This document shows positions 35,301-48,132 of a stretch of 64,000 nucleotides of DNA, one piece after another. The DNA is from Phoronis australis (taxonomy: Eukaryota > Animalia > Phoronida): NCBI GenBank assembly GCA_002633005.1, contig NMRA01000104.1, positions 124,001-188,000 of the forward strand, given 5' to 3'. The notes beneath the pieces are model-generated. The model did not search any database. It had not been told where the DNA came from and saw only the letters and a program-made list of their open reading frames with translations. A program made the position numbers and the translations under genes. Each line of letters opens with the position of its first letter. Within the stretch, counting starts at the first letter, position 1.

Positions 35301-36865
35301 TTGTACAAGACAACTGGACACAGTGTATGGACTGCATGTATTTCAATATTGGGAAATTAGAACAAATATTTAAATGTTACTCTAATACCTGGATAGTCTT
35401 AACACCATATGTACAGGAATAGTCCTACAGCAAAAGTGAAAAGTATAAAACAGGTTTACTTAATCTCCATGTTGATGTTGTGTTAACTCATGAATAATTA
35501 ATGTCATAGCTTATATTACTGAGTTAGTTGAGCCACACAACACATTGAGACAGGCGAATNTAAAAAACTAAAATTACCACCAGGGGGCACAATGGTTATC
35601 AGATTCAACTAAGTCGTCATCCATTGACACGTGCCTAAAAATACCCCAGGTTTAGAAGATACAGTCAGACAAGAAAAAAAGTGAAACTAAGGGAAGCTAA
35701 GGGATGTCACAGTAGGCAGATCTGTCTGAAAATCATCGTCAGCCAGCTGCGCTCTTCTCAGTAGGAACACATATGTCCATTTTCCTAATGATTCTTAGAG
35801 TGGTTTCATGGATAGGGAGAAAGACACCAGAAAACAGAATAATTAAAATATTCATTAGGGGGCACACGTGGGATCAGAGTGGAAGTTGTCACCATCCATT
35901 GCCATTTTCATAGAAATACACTTGCCAAATGTAACAAAGTTCCTACAAGGGGTTCATGAGATACAGCCATGGATGGAAAATACTACAATAGTAGACGCCA
36001 TAGTAGTTAAAGCCATATGAAAATCATGGACGACCATCCTCTTCCAAGTAGGAAAACAAACACAAATTTCCAAAATCATTGTTCGTGCAGTTTAGCCAAT
36101 AGAGAAGCCGGTGTTAAAACAACAGAACGGAAAACAGTAACAACGGCCACTAGGTGGCATACAATATGCTAAATCTAGTTCAAAAATACCCTTAAAAACA
36201 AGTTCAGTGATCGATCAAATTTCATGCTGGCAGCCATGACGACTTCAATCATTGAGGTCATGAATGTGTCAACTCATAACTATATTTCATTGCGAGTGAT
36301 GTCATGAAATGATTGAAGAGCTCTATAATTGACACGAATAATAATAAGTGAGATTTGGCCCAGATTGTAATTTGACTGAATATTTATATTTGAATGCACA
36401 TGGCCTTTGTGAACATATTTCATTAAGACACTGTGAAAGTTATATTTCTGGTGCTTACATTTGCCACCATGTAGTTTACACGCAGGATAGCACAAGTACA
36501 AACAAGCGAGAGCCAAACGCATAACAGTCCACAGCAAGGTGACCCCCACCTACTTACCCTGCATTCAGCTGCTGCCGTCTCAGTCTCCTGCGTCGTCGAC
36601 GGCGACGCCTTCGCTCATTATACCTTTGTGTGGCTTTGAGCAGGAACCCCCTCACAACTAACACGATCCCAGCTGCTAAGAGAATAGATCCAACAGCCAA
36701 AAGTTTGTTTTGATCAGGTATTGCTAAAGAAAACCCCACAACAACAATGCCACCAGCGAACACTATAACACCTAAAGTTACATTGAAGACAATGTTCTGA
36801 ATGATTCGCTTGCACGAGTTTTGTGAAGTAGCACTGTCATCACGCTGTGGTTCTGAATTTTCCAT
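32394..36865 (-). CDS. Small two-TM membrane protein with Arg-rich stretch and two PPxY motifs, 166 aa
   Basis: Exon 36558-36865 (identical copy 34612-34919) ends GG|gtaagt and joins in frame to exon 32394-32586 after tgttggtag. Protein has two hydrophobic helices, RRRRRRRRRRLRR, DPPPYEE and NPPTYDE. 5' UTR acceptor at 36891; upstream donor gtaagt at 37924. Confidence 0.8.
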
Positions 36866-37525
36866 TCATAGGATAAAGTCCGCGGTTCGTCTGAAAAAAT
36901 AAATTCATTAAAGTCATGCTCATCTATAGATCAAGAGCATATATGCGTGAACTCAATCTTACCCAAGGGTAAGCCTTAATCTACAATAAGCCAAAGACTA
37001 CAACAAAGTAGTACCAGTTTGAATAATTGGTAATAGTCAGATACATGGGTCCCTGATTTGAGAACCAGTTACTCTCACTGATAATGCCCGTTATTCAGTG
37101 GCAGTAACTGGTTCTCAATAAAGTTTAAACCAGGGACCCACCTTTGCGACTGTTACCAAATGATTTCATTACTAATAAGCACATTCGCAGATAGCAAAAC
37201 AGAGGAATTCAAACACATTGTACTAACATCCAAAACAACATGCTGTATTTTGATTCACACCAATTGTTGTACAAGACAACTGGACACAGTGTATGGACTG
37301 CATGTATTTCAATATTGGGAAATTAGAACAAATGTTTAAATGTCACTCTAATACCTGGATAGTCTTAACACCATATGTACAGGAATAGTCCTACAGCAAA
37401 AGTGAAAAGTATAAAACAGGTTTACTTAATCTCCATGTTGATGTTGTGTTAACTCATGAATAATTAATGTCATAGCTTATGTTACTGAGTTAGTTGAGCC
37501 ACACAACACATTGAGACAGGCGAAT
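33382..37525. repeat. About 2 kb tandem duplicate split by N at 35560
   Basis: 33382-35559 versus 35561-37525 are nearly identical apart from SNPs, small indels and about 250 bp (34265-34517) present only in the first copy. Confidence 0.92.
34612..34919 (-). CDS. Duplicate copy of the two-TM protein coding exon
   Basis: Translation identical to 36558-36865, with the same splice sites. Confidence 0.7.
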
Positions 37526-38149
37526 TTTACTGAAGTGACATGTCTGTCACTATCCGGATTTTATCCTTTTCATCCAAGTTTTCTAGACATAAACCCCACA
37601 TACGTCACTTCTGACGAACGACTGGGTCATTTATTTGTGAATTACAAAACACCAGTATACAATCAGTACATTGCATCGCATTTCTCCATCTTGACCAGTG
37701 GAAAGGTTTCGAATGTATCACACTGTAAACGTATCAATTGCAAGTAAAACTATGTAATACGGAGAGTTTTAATGTCAGTTTTGGAAAATATCGATTGCTG
37801 CGTCTCGGTCGAAAAACAATTGGGTTGTGCCAACCAGTCACCTGATCACTTCCCCAGTATATTTCGTCGTACTTTGAAACGCGACTGTCGTAACATATCT
37901 TCACCAAAGAAGTTGTGAACTTACCAGCGGAATATCATAAGAGCCTAATAAACGAATCCTCATGTTAGATCCATGACCAGGACATCGACAAAGGCGTACA
38001 ACGACTGTTAGTTGTGTCACTTCGAAACCCAGACTCGGCCAAAAATAAACAAAGGGTCAAGGTCGTGGTTGCTGAATCGCACCTCCACTTCACAAAGAGA
38101 GATAGGCTCGGGAGGGAGCCGGTAGGGTGACAAATCAAACTTTCTGGGC

Positions 38150-38930
38150 TTATTAAGTAAGTAATTTTTTAGTGACATGTGTTCAAATGAATTTAAACAA
38201 TGAATACGTTACAAACACTAGGAACACCCAGCCCTCCACGGGGCTTATAAGTCACTTTAGATACATGATACAAAAAAGAAAAGACAAGTGTACGCGCTTT
38301 GCAAGAGGACCAGAAAGAGAAGGCCGAGATAAAAGTGATCATAAATAAATAAAATTTTTATCCTTACTTCAAAAATATTTTTGATGAAAACTGAAGTTTT
38401 TCTAATAACATCTTTTTGTATGATTGTAATTAATTTACTTTCACAGCTTTCTGCACGGAATCGTGGATATTTAATCTCAACTTGACAATAAAAGGTGTTT
38501 CTGGCATCTAGAAAAACGGACACTCAAACAGAAAATGTAGTTCAGTTTCGACCTGACCAGTGTGACAAAGACAGCAAATTCTGTCATCAAAATCTAGGGA
38601 ACGAAAACGCTCAACCTCAACCAATAGCTGTAGGGTTCCGGTTCTAATTTGACCTACTAGGCCGAGTTAAGTCTAAATGCACGTAAGGCTCAACTTCAAA
38701 GACATTCTTCATCAAAACATTGGTTCTTAACTTTGGTTTAGAACGGCTTTCAAACAACCACCTATTACATGCTAAATCATGCAAAGTATTCTTACAGTGA
38801 GACAGATTAACTGAACGTAAGTCATGAAAACAATCCGAAATCCCTAATTCTTCAAAAATGCTCAAGACTTCAGACGACCAATTATTAGTACAAGTAGTGT
38901 AGTCCCACCAAAATATTCGGTATGTTATTG
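38150..38930 (-). mobile_element. Decayed 3' end of a non-LTR retrotransposon
   Basis: KPKLRT...EPYV, then frameshifted ERFRSLDFDDRICCLCHTGQVETELHFLFECPFF Zn knuckle, and a tail ending in acttactta repeats. Confidence 0.8.
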
Positions 38931-39116
38931 ATAGAAAATCGCTTATGAAACGTTTTGTTTTTTCGTGACATTTTCTTTGCTACGGACTATGAGTGAATTC
39001 AATGTCAATTTAGAAGCCGAAATGTTTGAATATGCTTCGCAACTGAGTGACCTTGCCTTTAATTCGAACGTGTGGCCCAATTCTTTCATTTTAAGTCAGT
39101 CTAATCTGTTATTAGC

Positions 39117-39419
39117 AGTGGCGGGTTGGGGGGGGGGNTAGCCCCCCTAAAATACTCCCAGACCAGATACCATTTGGAAGTTCTGGGTGCGAATTGCTGA
39201 CTAGCGCATGTGCGCACCCAAGGGGGGGGGGGTGCACAATGCATACGCCTTGAACAAACCCTGTTTACCCGTTTTGCTTAGTAATAAGGTCCACAAACCT
39301 AGAAATTTGAAAATTCGAGACTCCTGCATCCCTTAGTCTGAGCGCACGCATGTAGCAAAATTCGGCTGGTTATTCCTGTGACCTGCTCCCCCCAACTCAA
39401 AAGCCTGGATCCGCCCCTG
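39117..39419. mobile_element. MITE of the CAGNGGCGG family spanning N at 39138
   Basis: cagtggcgg ... ggatccgcccctg termini. Confidence 0.55.
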
Positions 39420-42357
39420 TTAGTTAGGGCTCAGTTCAGTTCTGGAACCCATGAGTTACCACTCAGTGGACCCACACGGCAGAGTGCGGACACCCGGCAG
39501 GCACCTCGTTCTATACAGTATTGAGGAAGTAGACTTTTAAGTGCCTTGATTGTACATGCGGGTCAGTGCTAGTTGTGTTCCGGTGTCTGCACAGTGGGTG
39601 TGGCTCCTGGGGACCTATAGTAAGGAGGCCAAACATTGAACTACTAAATTAGACGATGTACGGACCAAAACTAATTTAGCCACACTGAGCACTTGGAATC
39701 GAATGACCCCGACATCATTGCACTCGCCTCATGAACTGATGCGGATGCCGCCAGTATATAAACAAGGACCCAACAATATTCAAAACTTCGAGGTACCACA
39801 AAAGAGAATCCATGTAAAGAGTACATGCCACCATCAATAGTCAAGACGGACAAAATGCAACCTGGGCTGGGTCTTACAGAATCCTAAACATCTGATGTTG
39901 GGGCCATGATTCAGGGGGTAAAAAGCCATAGCTAAATATCTGACACAAAAATAATGCCCGGCTGTAAAAGCCACACTTGTATTTGGTTACCGGTGCTAAA
40001 AAGTGCTTGAAAGTCCCGATTGGCATCATCCACCGCCGTCGGCCCAACTCTAATAGTCTTAGATATCGACATCGATGTATTTATTTATTAGAAAATATTT
40101 ATATATATTTATATATTTATTAGAAAATCACCACTGCCGGGTGATGATATAAACTTGCGCACGTCATTTGAATGTATGCAGGGAACATCGATTTACTGTA
40201 TTGCAATGTTTCGTACTATGTTGTATTGACATTTTGCTTGTAATTTGACAAGTGGCTAAACTTCAAAAAATAATCCACAAACCGCTTTTTTCAGTCGTAA
40301 AAGCGATAATATCCATTTACTAACAACCTACACAGCGACAGTTTTCATAGTGTTCACGGGCTGTACATCTCTTGAATAAAAAGTGTCACAGTATTATTTT
40401 TTTGCTGATTTCATCCATTCATTTATACCTGACATACCTGTTATACCTGTTTATCGTCTGCGTATTTTCTGGGGAATTTCATAAGCAGTATACGACGTTG
40501 AATTGACGACTTTTGTTGCATAAACCTTGAAACATACAATGGACGATTTCATTGTTGGTTGGCGTCAAAAACCTTGCTAAAATAGACTATTGCCAAGGAA
40601 AAAGCAGCTATTCACGTGCATAGGCGTATCTGGACTTGGCTGCTCAGGTGCGCATATGAGGTAAATTTACCGAACATAGGTTCAGCACTGAGATTTTTTC
40701 TTCCCCCGTAGCAATCAAATTCACACACCGGGTCGCCACCGAACTCCCCTCTCCCGTCGTCACCATATATATATATACCCTTGCTCGTTTTCTCACTGTA
40801 TACGGTGGGATAAATTCGTTTTGGTTTGCCCTAATTTTCAACAGTCTGCTCGAACCGGAGTGGACCTCCCCTCAAATACGCCGTCGTGTATTACGATCTT
40901 AGCATTTATTTCCTGTGATAAAAGTCGATCGTGCTACTACAAAGGAATTCAAATTTGCAATTATTCCCGCATAGCGGAATGGGCAGAAATGTGATAATTA
41001 AAAGTTCCAGTCCGTAGCTGTTTTGAATGCAAATAAACGCCTACTTTCGATCAATGCTAGCTAGCATGACAAGCATCTGATAAGCGAGGCAACAATTCGT
41101 CTTCGAAAACTTTTTAAACATTATTGTGCGTGGTTATCTTACCCTCATAAATACCACGAGCTGTTTGGATTGATAACGCTGACCCTTATCTCAGCGAAGG
41201 TTTGTAATCTTAAAGTGTTCTGATGCATACCTAATCCTTTCAGTTTATTAAATGTCAAAGTTGTTAGTTACCTGGCTCGTTCATACCTTCGTCCCTCTCA
41301 CGTAGGTACTCAACATTTTGTTGTTACTGAATTGTGTTAACAATCGATGTTTTCTCGTGTAATTACTGTGCGTGTTTCCACTCGTTGTCTACAATTACCT
41401 GTATTCTGCTTTGCCGGTTTTTAGGCTGAGTTTTTCATGTTTTTTCGTTACTGTGTTCCCGCTATCAACTTTAACAACAAGCTGTCGAAGGATTCTGTAA
41501 GAACAGTGCTGGTACTTCAGATATTTGGCCCAGACGCAAAAAAACTTACTCAATTGGTTATGGTAAGCGTCCTCTGTAAGCCTAACGACACTGAGCATTT
41601 ATCTTTTTTTCTTGCATTTATGAAGTTGACATAGCCGAATGTTGTCTCACAAAAACAGTAAATATCGTCTACTGTTAGATCTGTGAAAATTAAAGAACAT
41701 GTAATGCTAGTATATATAAAGTAAAGGAGCAGCAAATGATGGCAGGCGTTTACCTAACGTGTTCAAGTTGAGCTATGGTCCTTTTTGAGACAAGCACGCC
41801 TTAATTGCTGGAAGTTATGGTGCGTAAATGGTTTAGAAAACACAATGGAATGTATCCAACACAGGCGCATTTAGCATTCTGAGTAAGACGAAATAAAAAT
41901 ATAAATAGCCCAATACAAAGACTGAAGAATGATTGTGTAGGTCTGTAGTATTCAATTTCAAATATCACCGTTGTTTAAACATTGAGAACGCGTCTGTACA
42001 TAGTTGCAGGTATCTGTGTAGCAATACAGGTGTTTCATGAAGGTTGTGTTCCTTTCTTGGTCGCACGAATACTTGAAACCAAACCCGTGGGAAGATACTA
42101 ACTGAATCTTTTGTGTTTTCAGAATCATTAATTTCACCTAACGCTCTGAGCTGAAGTCGAATTACGCTGAGCTGGTCATTGCAGAAGCTGTTTGAAAAAA
42201 GTGACAGTAGCTGAGGTAATTAAATGTATCTCGGCCATTCCAGTGTCAGAGTCGCATCTCTCAGTGTGTTATCTGCGCCGGATATTGAGCAACCAAGCCA
42301 ACCCGCCCGAGTGTGTATGAAACATTTCTTGGTGATGTCCGCGTAACAAGAACATTG

Positions 42358-43032
42358 ATGCCAACGGAATACAACTTACCCAGAATTTTGTTCAGCGGGG
42401 AGGAGGCAAGTTGGCCGCAACATCTCTCTGAAAGTTTGCTGAAAAAGGGAGATCACGCCGACAAAATATGCTTACCGCCAACCGATGGCAAGGAGAAACG
42501 CTCAGGCGTCATTGGAAACGCGCGCTATTGTACCACGAAGAGTGTCAGCAGGGGTACAAATTTAGAGGAAAAAGGAAAGAGCAATCCCGCGAAGCTAAAA
42601 CTGCCTAACATAGACCTAAATCTTGTGAATGAGACTAACACTTCTGCTTCGTCTAATTCCCTTATGCGGCCGTCACCGGGCTTCATAAATCAACAGAAAT
42701 ATTGCATGAGACTCAAAGGTTTCACCGTAAATGAAGTGTACAGGTCAAACAGGAGAAAGTTCTGTAGTGGAGACCCTGAGACGACAAGGCTGGTGGAGCT
42801 ACCAAATCTGGACAAAACGGTTGTGCAATGTGGTTTCAAGAAAACCATTAATGAAAGAACCACAAAGCACTCAGCAAAAAACGGAAACGAAATACCGGGC
42901 CTTATTGTGGGAAATTCTTTGGGACAAAAGTTCCAACCTCTTGGAGGAATACTATCTCCAGAGAGAATGGGGCGACTTTTGGGAACAAAAGCACCTGTGC
43001 GAATGGAAAACTGTTTCAACTTTTACATGTGA
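42358..43032 (+). CDS. Uncharacterised basic protein, 224 aa from first ATG
   Basis: Long ORF preceded by acceptor ttttgtgttttcag (42122). Hydrophilic, with repeated xLPx[IL] motifs and no recognised domain. Confidence 0.6.
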   Translation: MPTEYNLPRILFSGEEASWPQHLSESLLKKGDHADKICLPPTDGKEKRSGVIGNARYCTTKSVSRGTNLEEKGKSNPAKLKLPNIDLNLVNETNTSASSNSLMRPSPGFINQQKYCMRLKGFTVNEVYRSNRRKFCSGDPETTRLVELPNLDKTVVQCGFKKTINERTTKHSAKNGNEIPGLIVGNSLGQKFQPLGGILSPERMGRLLGTKAPVRMENCFNFYM

Positions 43033-43311
43033 TAAATGGAAAATGAAGAGCCAAGGATTTTACGGTGGGAACAAAAGCGTGATACAACCCGTCCTTACAC
43101 TTTTGGAGTTGAATACTGGAGCCAGACTCGACATAAAGCGGTAACGACGGAACTGTTTCCGCCACGGTTCGAAATAATAACTTAGTCTGTCGATTTAGTG
43201 GTAGTGGAATTCGATTTTTAACAAGTCGATTTTTACGAGAAATACCCTGATGGCACGTGACATTTAGTAGCTTCTGCATGCATTCATGAGGGACTTCAAA
43301 TCGGCACGGCA

Positions 43312-43325
43312 GTCACCATGGTGAC
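43312..43325. promoter_or_regulatory. RFX X-box-like palindrome
   Basis: GTCACCATGGTGAC. Confidence 0.4.
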
Positions 43326-46300
43326 GAGACCGTCTCCGTCAAGAGTCCGGTCACATAAAATTGCAAAACATGTTGTGTGATCAACTTTTCGTGAGACCGC
43401 TCAAAAATAGTTCGGCAAAGATTGACGAGGCAATCAACGAGATAGGGGAACCAAAAATGGAGACCAGTTATCAAAAGCATAAATTGGCAATACCTTCGAT
43501 AGCAGATGACATGCTTTTTAGAATCTGAAAACACTTCACGTGGAGATAATCTGACTGGATATCAGAAAGATGATGCACACTGCTGCTGGTTTAAAAAGAA
43601 AATGGATGTTTAATAGTCCCATGCAACGCCATCTTTACAAAGCGTTGTTTTGGTTCATGCGAATTTTGCGTTGGAACCTGTTGACCAGTGGTTGCCGTAA
43701 ACGCTTATGAGATAACGTGATCAAAAACCCACTGAGCCCTAGCATTGCTTTCATTGTGCGTTGGACTTTAAGATTGTAGGCCTATTTCGCCCTGTTTAAC
43801 TGGCTGGGTATGTGTTTTTCATCTTTATCAACGCTGTCGGAATTTTCTGATAATGAAATTATTTCATTCACATGCGGCTCGTATTTATCCAAAATATTCT
43901 CACTCGACGATTGTCTGATTCGTCATACCTGTTTGCCAGTGACACACAATCAAGCGAGTCAATCACGGGCAAAAGGGAGAGATACCTCTCATTCATTTTC
44001 AGCTTGGCGGCGTTGAACACAGCAGTCGGAGAAGTAAAATTCTTCTTATCATTGGCACCTTAATTGTTTACATTCACAAGACTCGCAAAAGTTAAATAGT
44101 TTGCAAGTAGGTCTTCAAAGCCTCATGAATATCCCCATTGTTTGGGTTTTTAGTACAGTAAGTATATACGAGTCAGTGACATCGCATTACATTGGCCAAA
44201 AACACGACAATGAGAGATTAGCAGATTAGATTAAATCTGGTGAGACTTCATTCGCATCCGAGGCACGCATAGTTCTGTCGTACTGGGCACTTCATTTCCC
44301 TGGCTCAAATGTTCACATTGTTGACAGAATAAACAGTAATTTGAGGTCAGAAAAAAACTCACTTTGTTATTTACTAAACATTCAAATGTTGGAGAAGTGA
44401 GCGTTTTGTCATCCTTGTGGACTCGTTGTCACGGTGATGTCAAGGGTCTAGGATCCAATTTCCGAACTCAGACAGCTCGACTTAGCCTCAGACTGAAAGC
44501 GCTATAAAGTCACCACCCGTGGGAAAATGATTTATTCCAGTTAAACTATATGAAATTTTCTTAAATAATCCTTTAGCGGAAAGAACAGGACTCTGTTTCA
44601 TGAAAGCTGAAGTCTCAAGTTTGGTTGTTGGCCTGACGTCAACATCATTATTCAACGAGCCAGGGTCCAGTTTCATTAAAGTTATACGCCGTATAACAAC
44701 AATGACGTCGCATTATCACTCGTCACAATTGTTGAACAATAAACCTGACGTCATGCAACAATCAAACTTATCCAGGGGATAATTTTGAAGTTTTACGTTA
44801 CCCAGCCTAGGAGTGTACTGCACAAGGGCAACGTGACGTGATGGAATGATAACATTGTTATTTCGGTCTAAGTTAAGCCGGACTAAAATAGTTTCATGAA
44901 ACGGGGTCCACATGTGATTTCTAGGTTTGAAAAGAACCGACGTTATTCCCTGAGACCAGTGCCTACAAAATTTACCGCGGCGTGTCATTATATTTGCCAA
45001 GCTGAGTTTCGAGCACTTATGAAATGTGACAGTTTTTTTGCAAGACCAATAGTAGTTGAGGCCAAATTCTTAACGATAAAGGTGCTAAACCCGTGCGTGG
45101 CGAATAAGATGGCTGAAATTTAAAACTGAACGATTTTTAGTATTTAATGAAACAAAAATAATGTTTAACCGGGTTTAAAAAAATCCTTCTTGCATTCTCT
45201 AACAATAACCTGGGGACGAATTAAATAGTGACCTCACTGGAAAATCTGATCCGCTGTTATTGTTAGACTATTCAAGGACACGTTTGCCATTTTTGTACGA
45301 TGAAAGGTCGTCGTTTGCCTTTGATTTGGACAGATTAATTGGGAGTTGCCGAGGCATATTATCCCCTTCACCGTTTAATGTGAGTGAAATTCGGTCTTTT
45401 CAGCCGTCAAGCTGGCACCGTATCATTCTCACGCGCTACTCACATCACTGGAGTGGAAAAATATACGTAGTTCGCATTTTTTAAAAATGCGTACTGATTT
45501 ATTTTGTTCGCATGCGGAAGGAAGGCAACCGATGAAAATAAGATGACTAACTTGTAAAATTAATTCCCTGCAGAGATGGTAACAGAAACATGATTACTTT
45601 TCAAACAACCATTTCTGTAAAATAATTAAGTCTTGCTTAAGTAAAAGTGCAAAGTTTTTGGAAACAAGTTCTAGTTACCGAGATAATTTCTATAAATAAT
45701 TTCTAGACTGTGGTGCACTCATAATTACTTGCCTAAACCTTTTTTCAGCAAATTGGATCGTAAGAGCAAACTTTCGCGAAACAGACCCCGGGATATTTCG
45801 CCAATGACAATAGCGCCCTCTCGTGAATTGAAAACAAGAAAGTCAGACAGAGAATGATACACATGCACGTACCCAGCCTAAAAAATGTGGGGCTCGAATT
45901 TTGGGAATATGAACCTTTTACTAAGATTCACGGGATACGTTCAGAGATATGAATTGAGCATCACCGAATTTTGGAAGTTCCTGCATTTTTAGTGAACTTT
46001 TGTCTCGTTTTCCTCTTTTTTCGGAGTTTTTGTTTCTCTGAGGCGGACCTTTTTGCCTACTTTATCAAATGGGTGCGTACATGCGGTAAAAAATCTCATT
46101 ATTTATGGCGAAAGGGTCGTTTCTTTTCAGTGAGTTTTTAACACCATCGATTCACGTATTGCCCGCTCCAGCCTAATTTTGCTTTGTTTGACGATGCGGG
46201 ACAAGAGATCGATCGTTGAAGTTGTGTCTACTCCGTAATAATGTTACGTTTGCTTTAGGGAATAGTCAAACGTTTGTGCCGGTTTGAGTTTAATTCAATT

Positions 46301-46690
46301 CCTATTGATTCCGCTTTAGTAACAACGTCACACTTATTGGACTCAATTTCTAAAGAGCGGTATTGTGAATAAATTAGCTTTTGAAATCGTATATTCATCA
46401 CAACACTAGTGACTGATTCTTGATACAAACCAGGTTAAATATTGTTTAAAATGTTTATTTTGTATAGTTAGTTCACAAAAGGCATTCATTTGACAAAACA
46501 GTCTAAATAAACCAGGTTGACGAACATAAACCATGACGTGACGTGTGTCGTGTGTCTACCGACTACGTCCGGATGCGACTGAGCATACGGTGGAGGTTAC
46601 TCTAACGCATGCAGGGCAGATGGGAAAAGACGCGTAGGCAACTGGTCATCCGAGCTGTGTATTTTAGCGAAGAGGTAGAACATGATGGAT

Positions 46691-46704
46691 GTTGTCACGG
46701 AAAC
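46691..46704. promoter_or_regulatory. RFX X-box-like site upstream of ORF 46946
   Basis: GTTGTCACGGAAAC about 240 nt before the ATG. CRE-like tgacgtgacgt lies near 46534. Confidence 0.45.
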
Positions 46705-46945
46705 CTGAATTGAGCAATCTCACCATTCCCAGCCGAATCATTGGTTCTCGTGAAGGCATACAGTTTTACTAGTTCTTCGAAGTGCTGCAAAGACTTACGG
46801 ATTAGATCAAGTTGTTTGGGCAAGCAACGCATATGTTTGAGTAGAGGAGGCCTATTACTCAAACACGTACGTCTTAGAAACGCTTGCCCTGGTGTTGGAT
46901 CAGGTTGAATAACTTTTCGTACACGGAAATTCAGTTGAGATCAAA

Positions 46946-47542
46946 ATGCGAGACCATCAAAGGATAAAGAAAAATATAATGGATGTCAGTGTAGTTGAAG
47001 TTAACGAGAAGATTAAGAGAGAGTGCCCTGAAGTCAGTGGCCACTGTGTCATTCAGCACAGAGTAAGGGAGTCTACGTATGTCGAAACGAGGAAGAAGCT
47101 TCTGAACCTTCGTACATTAAAGAGATATGACATAAAGTTACCCAGTGTGCACTACTCTTCGAAGACACATCTATGGTGGACAGAATCCCACAGACAGCGA
47201 TCAGCTTTTGCAAACAATCGTTTCGCGCATGTTAAAAAACATCTCCCTGAACCGTTAAATTTGATAAGTCGTTCCGTAACTTTGCCTGAAATACAAATTC
47301 ACCGCGATCGGCAGAGCGACGAAAGCGACAAAACCTATCATATGGACAGGTCATATTACGGAAGAACTTGGCCCACTGAGCAATCAAAAATAATTGTTCC
47401 AAGTAAAGACAAGACAGACATTGAGTGTTGCAAGGAAGATAAAGGGACCTTAATGGTTTGGCTTCCTTCTTTGGATAACTTACTGACCGCTAGCCGAAAA
47501 CTGTTACACGGTCGATACGATTCTAAACTGGTTAAAAATTAA
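46946..47542 (+). CDS. Uncharacterised basic protein, 198 aa
   Basis: ATG in aaaATG context, uninterrupted ORF, motifs IKLPSV, VTLPEI, VWLPSL. Confidence 0.6.
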   Translation: MRDHQRIKKNIMDVSVVEVNEKIKRECPEVSGHCVIQHRVRESTYVETRKKLLNLRTLKRYDIKLPSVHYSSKTHLWWTESHRQRSAFANNRFAHVKKHLPEPLNLISRSVTLPEIQIHRDRQSDESDKTYHMDRSYYGRTWPTEQSKIIVPSKDKTDIECCKEDKGTLMVWLPSLDNLLTASRKLLHGRYDSKLVKN

Positions 47543-48077
47543 CTCTGAAGCTCGCGGCCAAACCCGCTTTACAACTCATGAAACAACTCTTGGTTTAGAT
47601 CACATACCACCGTTATGACGTAAGTCTCAAATTGTTTCTCAGTCAAACAGGAGGTGGTGTGAGTGCTTGGAAAGAACTGACGTTATTGTACGAGGCTGCA
47701 GCTCTACAACTTGGCTTGTGGAAGGCGGTGTCATTTCAAGTGTGACCCGAGCACAATCTCGAGAAACAACGAGATGCATGTTCTTTGCAAACAAAGAAAT
47801 AACTTATCGTCTCGGATCGTGAAAGCAATAAGTGGTCTACTAAGTTCTCTTCTTGGACGGATCACCGTGACGTCCGGTTGCCAGCCGTTTAATGTAACTG
47901 TGTTTGTCGTTAAACGTTGTGATTCATCTTATTTATTGAATAACCTACAGGTCTACTTAGTTTTAGAGCTTTGTGGTTCAAAGAGATGTTACATTCGAAA
48001 GTAAATGAAAATCTGGAGCGTTTGTTGTTTGATTTACGGTCAACGACGAATGAGAGAGCTTGAGCGTATACGACGAG

Positions 48078-48132
48078 CACACACACACACGCACGCGCAA
48101 ACGCACGCACACACGCACACGCGCGCGCACAC
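48078..48132. repeat. (CA/CG)n microsatellite ending at N 48133
   Basis: cacacacacacacgcacgcgcaaacgcacgcacacacgcacacgcgcgcacac. Confidence 0.85.

Noticed and set aside
42690-43279. Overlapping ORFs at 42690, 42731 and 43016
   Set aside because: Alternative-frame or antisense shadows of the 42358 ORF with no independent support.
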